From assembly GCA_964438015.1 (NCBI GenBank), contig CAYTIN010000001.1:54074-118073 (forward strand): DNA of 64,000 bases, written 5' to 3'. The stretch's first letter is position 1, and each line of letters opens with the position of its first letter. The notes beneath the pieces were generated by a model that saw only the letters and a list, made by a program, of their open reading frames with translations, had not been told where the DNA came from and ran no database searches. This document shows, one piece after another, positions 62,004-64,000 of this stretch. Made by a program: the position numbers and the translations under genes. The DNA is from an uncultured Gammaproteobacteria bacterium. Lineage in GTDB: Bacteria; Patescibacteriota; Patescibacteriia; 2-12-FULL-60-25.

Positions 62004-64000
62004 TTATAACTTGCGAAACTCGCAGATATTCCTAAAATCACAAAACTTGCAGGTAAACGGTTCTGGATTCGGCGGATAGTCTGACTTCAGGATTTCATCC
62101 ATGCGTTGCTCAAGCTTATCTAGGAACTTCTGGCGGGCAGGACCGGTCAAAGGCTCAACCTCACGGAACTCCCAATCCATAACATAGACATATGACAGCC
62201 GTCCAACCGTAAGTCCACGTTCCTCCAAAGCAATTTGGTATAAATACAGCTGCTCCTTATCCTCCGCTTCCAACGTCTCCTTGGCCGTCCCCGTCTTATA
62301 ATCCAACACCATCACACTTCCATCCGATAAACGATCCACCCGATCAATTTTCCCTTTCAAAGAATGCTGACCCAGAATCAAGGTAAAATCTTTTTCAATC
62401 TCGAGCACTTCGGGCACAGCCTGCACATACGCACGATAAAATTGACGCACTGCCCCTCGACCTTTTTGATAATATTCATCATGACGCGCACGCGTCTCAT
62501 ACCACTCATCAATCCAAGCTTCGTCGAAGATGCGTAATGCCTCCTCTTCCATCACGCGCAAACCTAAACCTGCCTGCACCGGTCCTTGAGGAGTCGCAAA
62601 TAAGTCCCCCTGTACCGCTCGGCTTCGCTCACGATGTAGCTCAAGGATACGTTGGAAGGTTAAGTGGACGGATTGTCCAAAACTCTTTTGGTACGCACCC
62701 AACACCGGAATACGATAAATATGAGCAAATTTGTATTGTAAGGGACATTTTCGAAAGGCAGCTAGCTGGGTAAAGCTAAAACGCCGCTTTAATGGATATA
62801 AGGTTTTTTCTTGGTAAGCTTCGGTCAGCGCAACTTCCTCAGGAGGTAACAACAACTTAGCCGGATCACGACCAATCACCAACGAATCCGGCACATCCAA
62901 CTTTGCCTCCGCCCAAAAGGGGGAAGGCTTCTTAGGCCGCGTACCTCCATAATCCGAAGCTCCGGTTATCATGAGGGTATCTTTGGCACGCGTCAGGGCC
63001 ACGTATAATAACCGCCGCTCTTCCTCTAAGTGATGGTCCCCTTCTTCTTGATGCTCTTGCACGAGTCCATCCGGCAGTGGAATAGCCTCAGGACGACCAC
63101 GAGAAGGAAAACGCTGTTCGACCAGCGAAACCACATATACATGCTTAAACTCCAACCCCTTGGCCGCATGGACGGTCAAGATCTTTACTAACTCAGGTCC
63201 CGAATCGGAATCGGTATCAAGCGCCCCTTCTTCCCCACTTTCGATTTCAAGACGAAGTTCCTCTAAAAAATCACGCAATGACGGATCCGTCGAAACCGCC
63301 TCATAACGCTTGATACGCGAGGCAAAGCCATTTAGCCATTGAAGTGCCTCACGTTTCTCACGCTCAGGCCATTTGACGACCATGGCTAAATACCCTGTTT
63401 GCTCTAGAGCGGCCTGAAGGAGTTTAAGAGGCGGATCACGACGAGCACTAGTCGCAAGCTTGTCGACGGTCGCTACTAAGGCTCGCAAGACCTTCAGCCC
63501 TTCCTCGCTCACCTCAGACCCTTGCCGCTCGCCACGCACGACCAAGGTAAGCGCGAGCCAAAGCGGCAGCCCTTTTCGATTGGCAAGCTGCACGAGCTCC
63601 GCCCGATCACGAGCTGACAGGTTATAACAAGGCAACGCCAAGGCTCGCCAAACTGCGGACGATTCGTGATAGCCATCCAAAAGCGACAAGAGTGCTATCA
63701 CGTCTAAGATGACCGGCTTCCCGTATAACCCCCGTAACGCCATGAACTGAAATGGAATCCCATGACGCTCAAAAGCCCGCACAAACGGCTCGGCTCCGTC
63801 ATTGGAGCGAACGAGGATGGCAAAATCATTCCAATTTGTATCCCCTGCTTGCGCCTTAGCTTTAATGTCTTCCACGACCGCCTCCGCCTCCTCTTCAACC
63901 GAAGGTGCCCACACCGTCTCAATCTCTCCGCCTGCTCCTCGGTGGGCAGACAGTTTTTTCGACAATCCCGTTTCTTGCAACTTCACTTCCAGACGGTGAG
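62004..64000 (-). CDS. UvrD/PcrA-like helicase C-terminal half fused to a PD-(D/E)xK (AddB/Cas4-like) nuclease; partial, continues beyond the window
   Basis: LTVHAAKGLEFKHVYVV and LLYVALTRAK (helicase motifs V/VI). C-terminus KGKIDRVD...VLDYKTG plus Cys cluster CKFCDFRNIC. The frame is still open at 64000. Confidence 0.75.
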   Translation of the reverse strand, partial: HRLEVKLQETGLSKKLSAHRGAGGEIETVWAPSVEEEAEAVVEDIKAKAQAGDTNWNDFAILVRSNDGAEPFVRAFERHGIPFQFMALRGLYGKPVILDVIALLSLLDGYHESSAVWRALALPCYNLSARDRAELVQLANRKGLPLWLALTLVVRGERQGSEVSEEGLKVLRALVATVDKLATSARRDPPLKLLQAALEQTGYLAMVVKWPEREKREALQWLNGFASRIKRYEAVSTDPSLRDFLEELRLEIESGEEGALDTDSDSGPELVKILTVHAAKGLEFKHVYVVSLVEQRFPSRGRPEAIPLPDGLVQEHQEEGDHHLEEERRLLYVALTRAKDTLMITGASDYGGTRPKKPSPFWAEAKLDVPDSLVIGRDPAKLLLPPEEVALTEAYQEKTLYPLKRRFSFTQLAAFRKCPLQYKFAHIYRIPVLGAYQKSFGQSVHLTFQRILELHRERSRAVQGDLFATPQGPVQAGLGLRVMEEEALRIFDEAWIDEWYETRARHDEYYQKGRGAVRQFYRAYVQAVPEVLEIEKDFTLILGQHSLKGKIDRVDRLSDGSVMVLDYKTGTAKETLEAEDKEQLYLYQIALEERGLTVGRLSYVYVMDWEFREVEPLTGPARQKFLDKLEQRMDEILKSDYPPNPEPFTCKFCDFRNICEFRKL

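Noticed and set aside
1-64000. Alternative genetic code (UGA reassignment), as occurs in some streamlined lineages.
   Set aside because: Long family-recognisable ORFs are intact under the standard code. TGA is used as a functional stop in several ATGA overlap junctions, for example 26699-26702, 29401-29404 and 38689-38692.

Overview
The window has four parts. (1) 1-22.2 kb is a GC-rich siphovirus-like phage or prophage segment, almost entirely on the + strand. It carries small early/DNA-metabolism ORFs, a VRR-NUC nuclease, a ParB-methyltransferase fusion, terminase, a portal-MuF fusion, an HK97-type protease and capsid, connector and tail genes, a tape measure with a textbook -1 frameshift chaperone pair, Dit, and a tail-collar fibre. 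A lysis-like/M23/antisense-Fic cargo block interrupts the tail module. (2) 22.2-32.0 kb is a visibly AT-rich accessory island on the - strand. It holds an IS256-family transposase with a shortened N-terminus and a Type III mod-res pair. The pair is translationally coupled to a ParB/Srx-fold protein and followed by a Dam-class methyltransferase, with a second ParB-fold gene downstream. This is my best candidate for an undescribed defence or DNA-modification system. (3) ~32.0-33.4 kb contains tRNA-Arg(TCT), a degenerate copy of the tRNA 3' half, and a XerC/D-like tyrosine recombinase. (4) 33.6-64 kb is ordinary core chromosome of intermediate GC, mostly on the - strand. Calls here are ftsQ-like, 3 more tRNAs, a glycosyltransferase, a DD-carboxypeptidase, scpAB, aspS (no GAD insertion), asnS, recO, ruvX, rnhB, serS, lysS, greA, mrdA-mreDCB, a DciA-like ORF and a partial UvrD/AddB-like helicase-nuclease. 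The compact, housekeeping-dense organisation fits a streamlined bacterium, but that is inference only. Non-genic signals in part 4 are a dispersed 26-bp palindrome-containing repeat, a promoter-to-terminator unit with no ORF (sRNA candidate), and a structured region upstream of serS. All calls rest on reading the ORF translations and sequence by eye; no searches were run.
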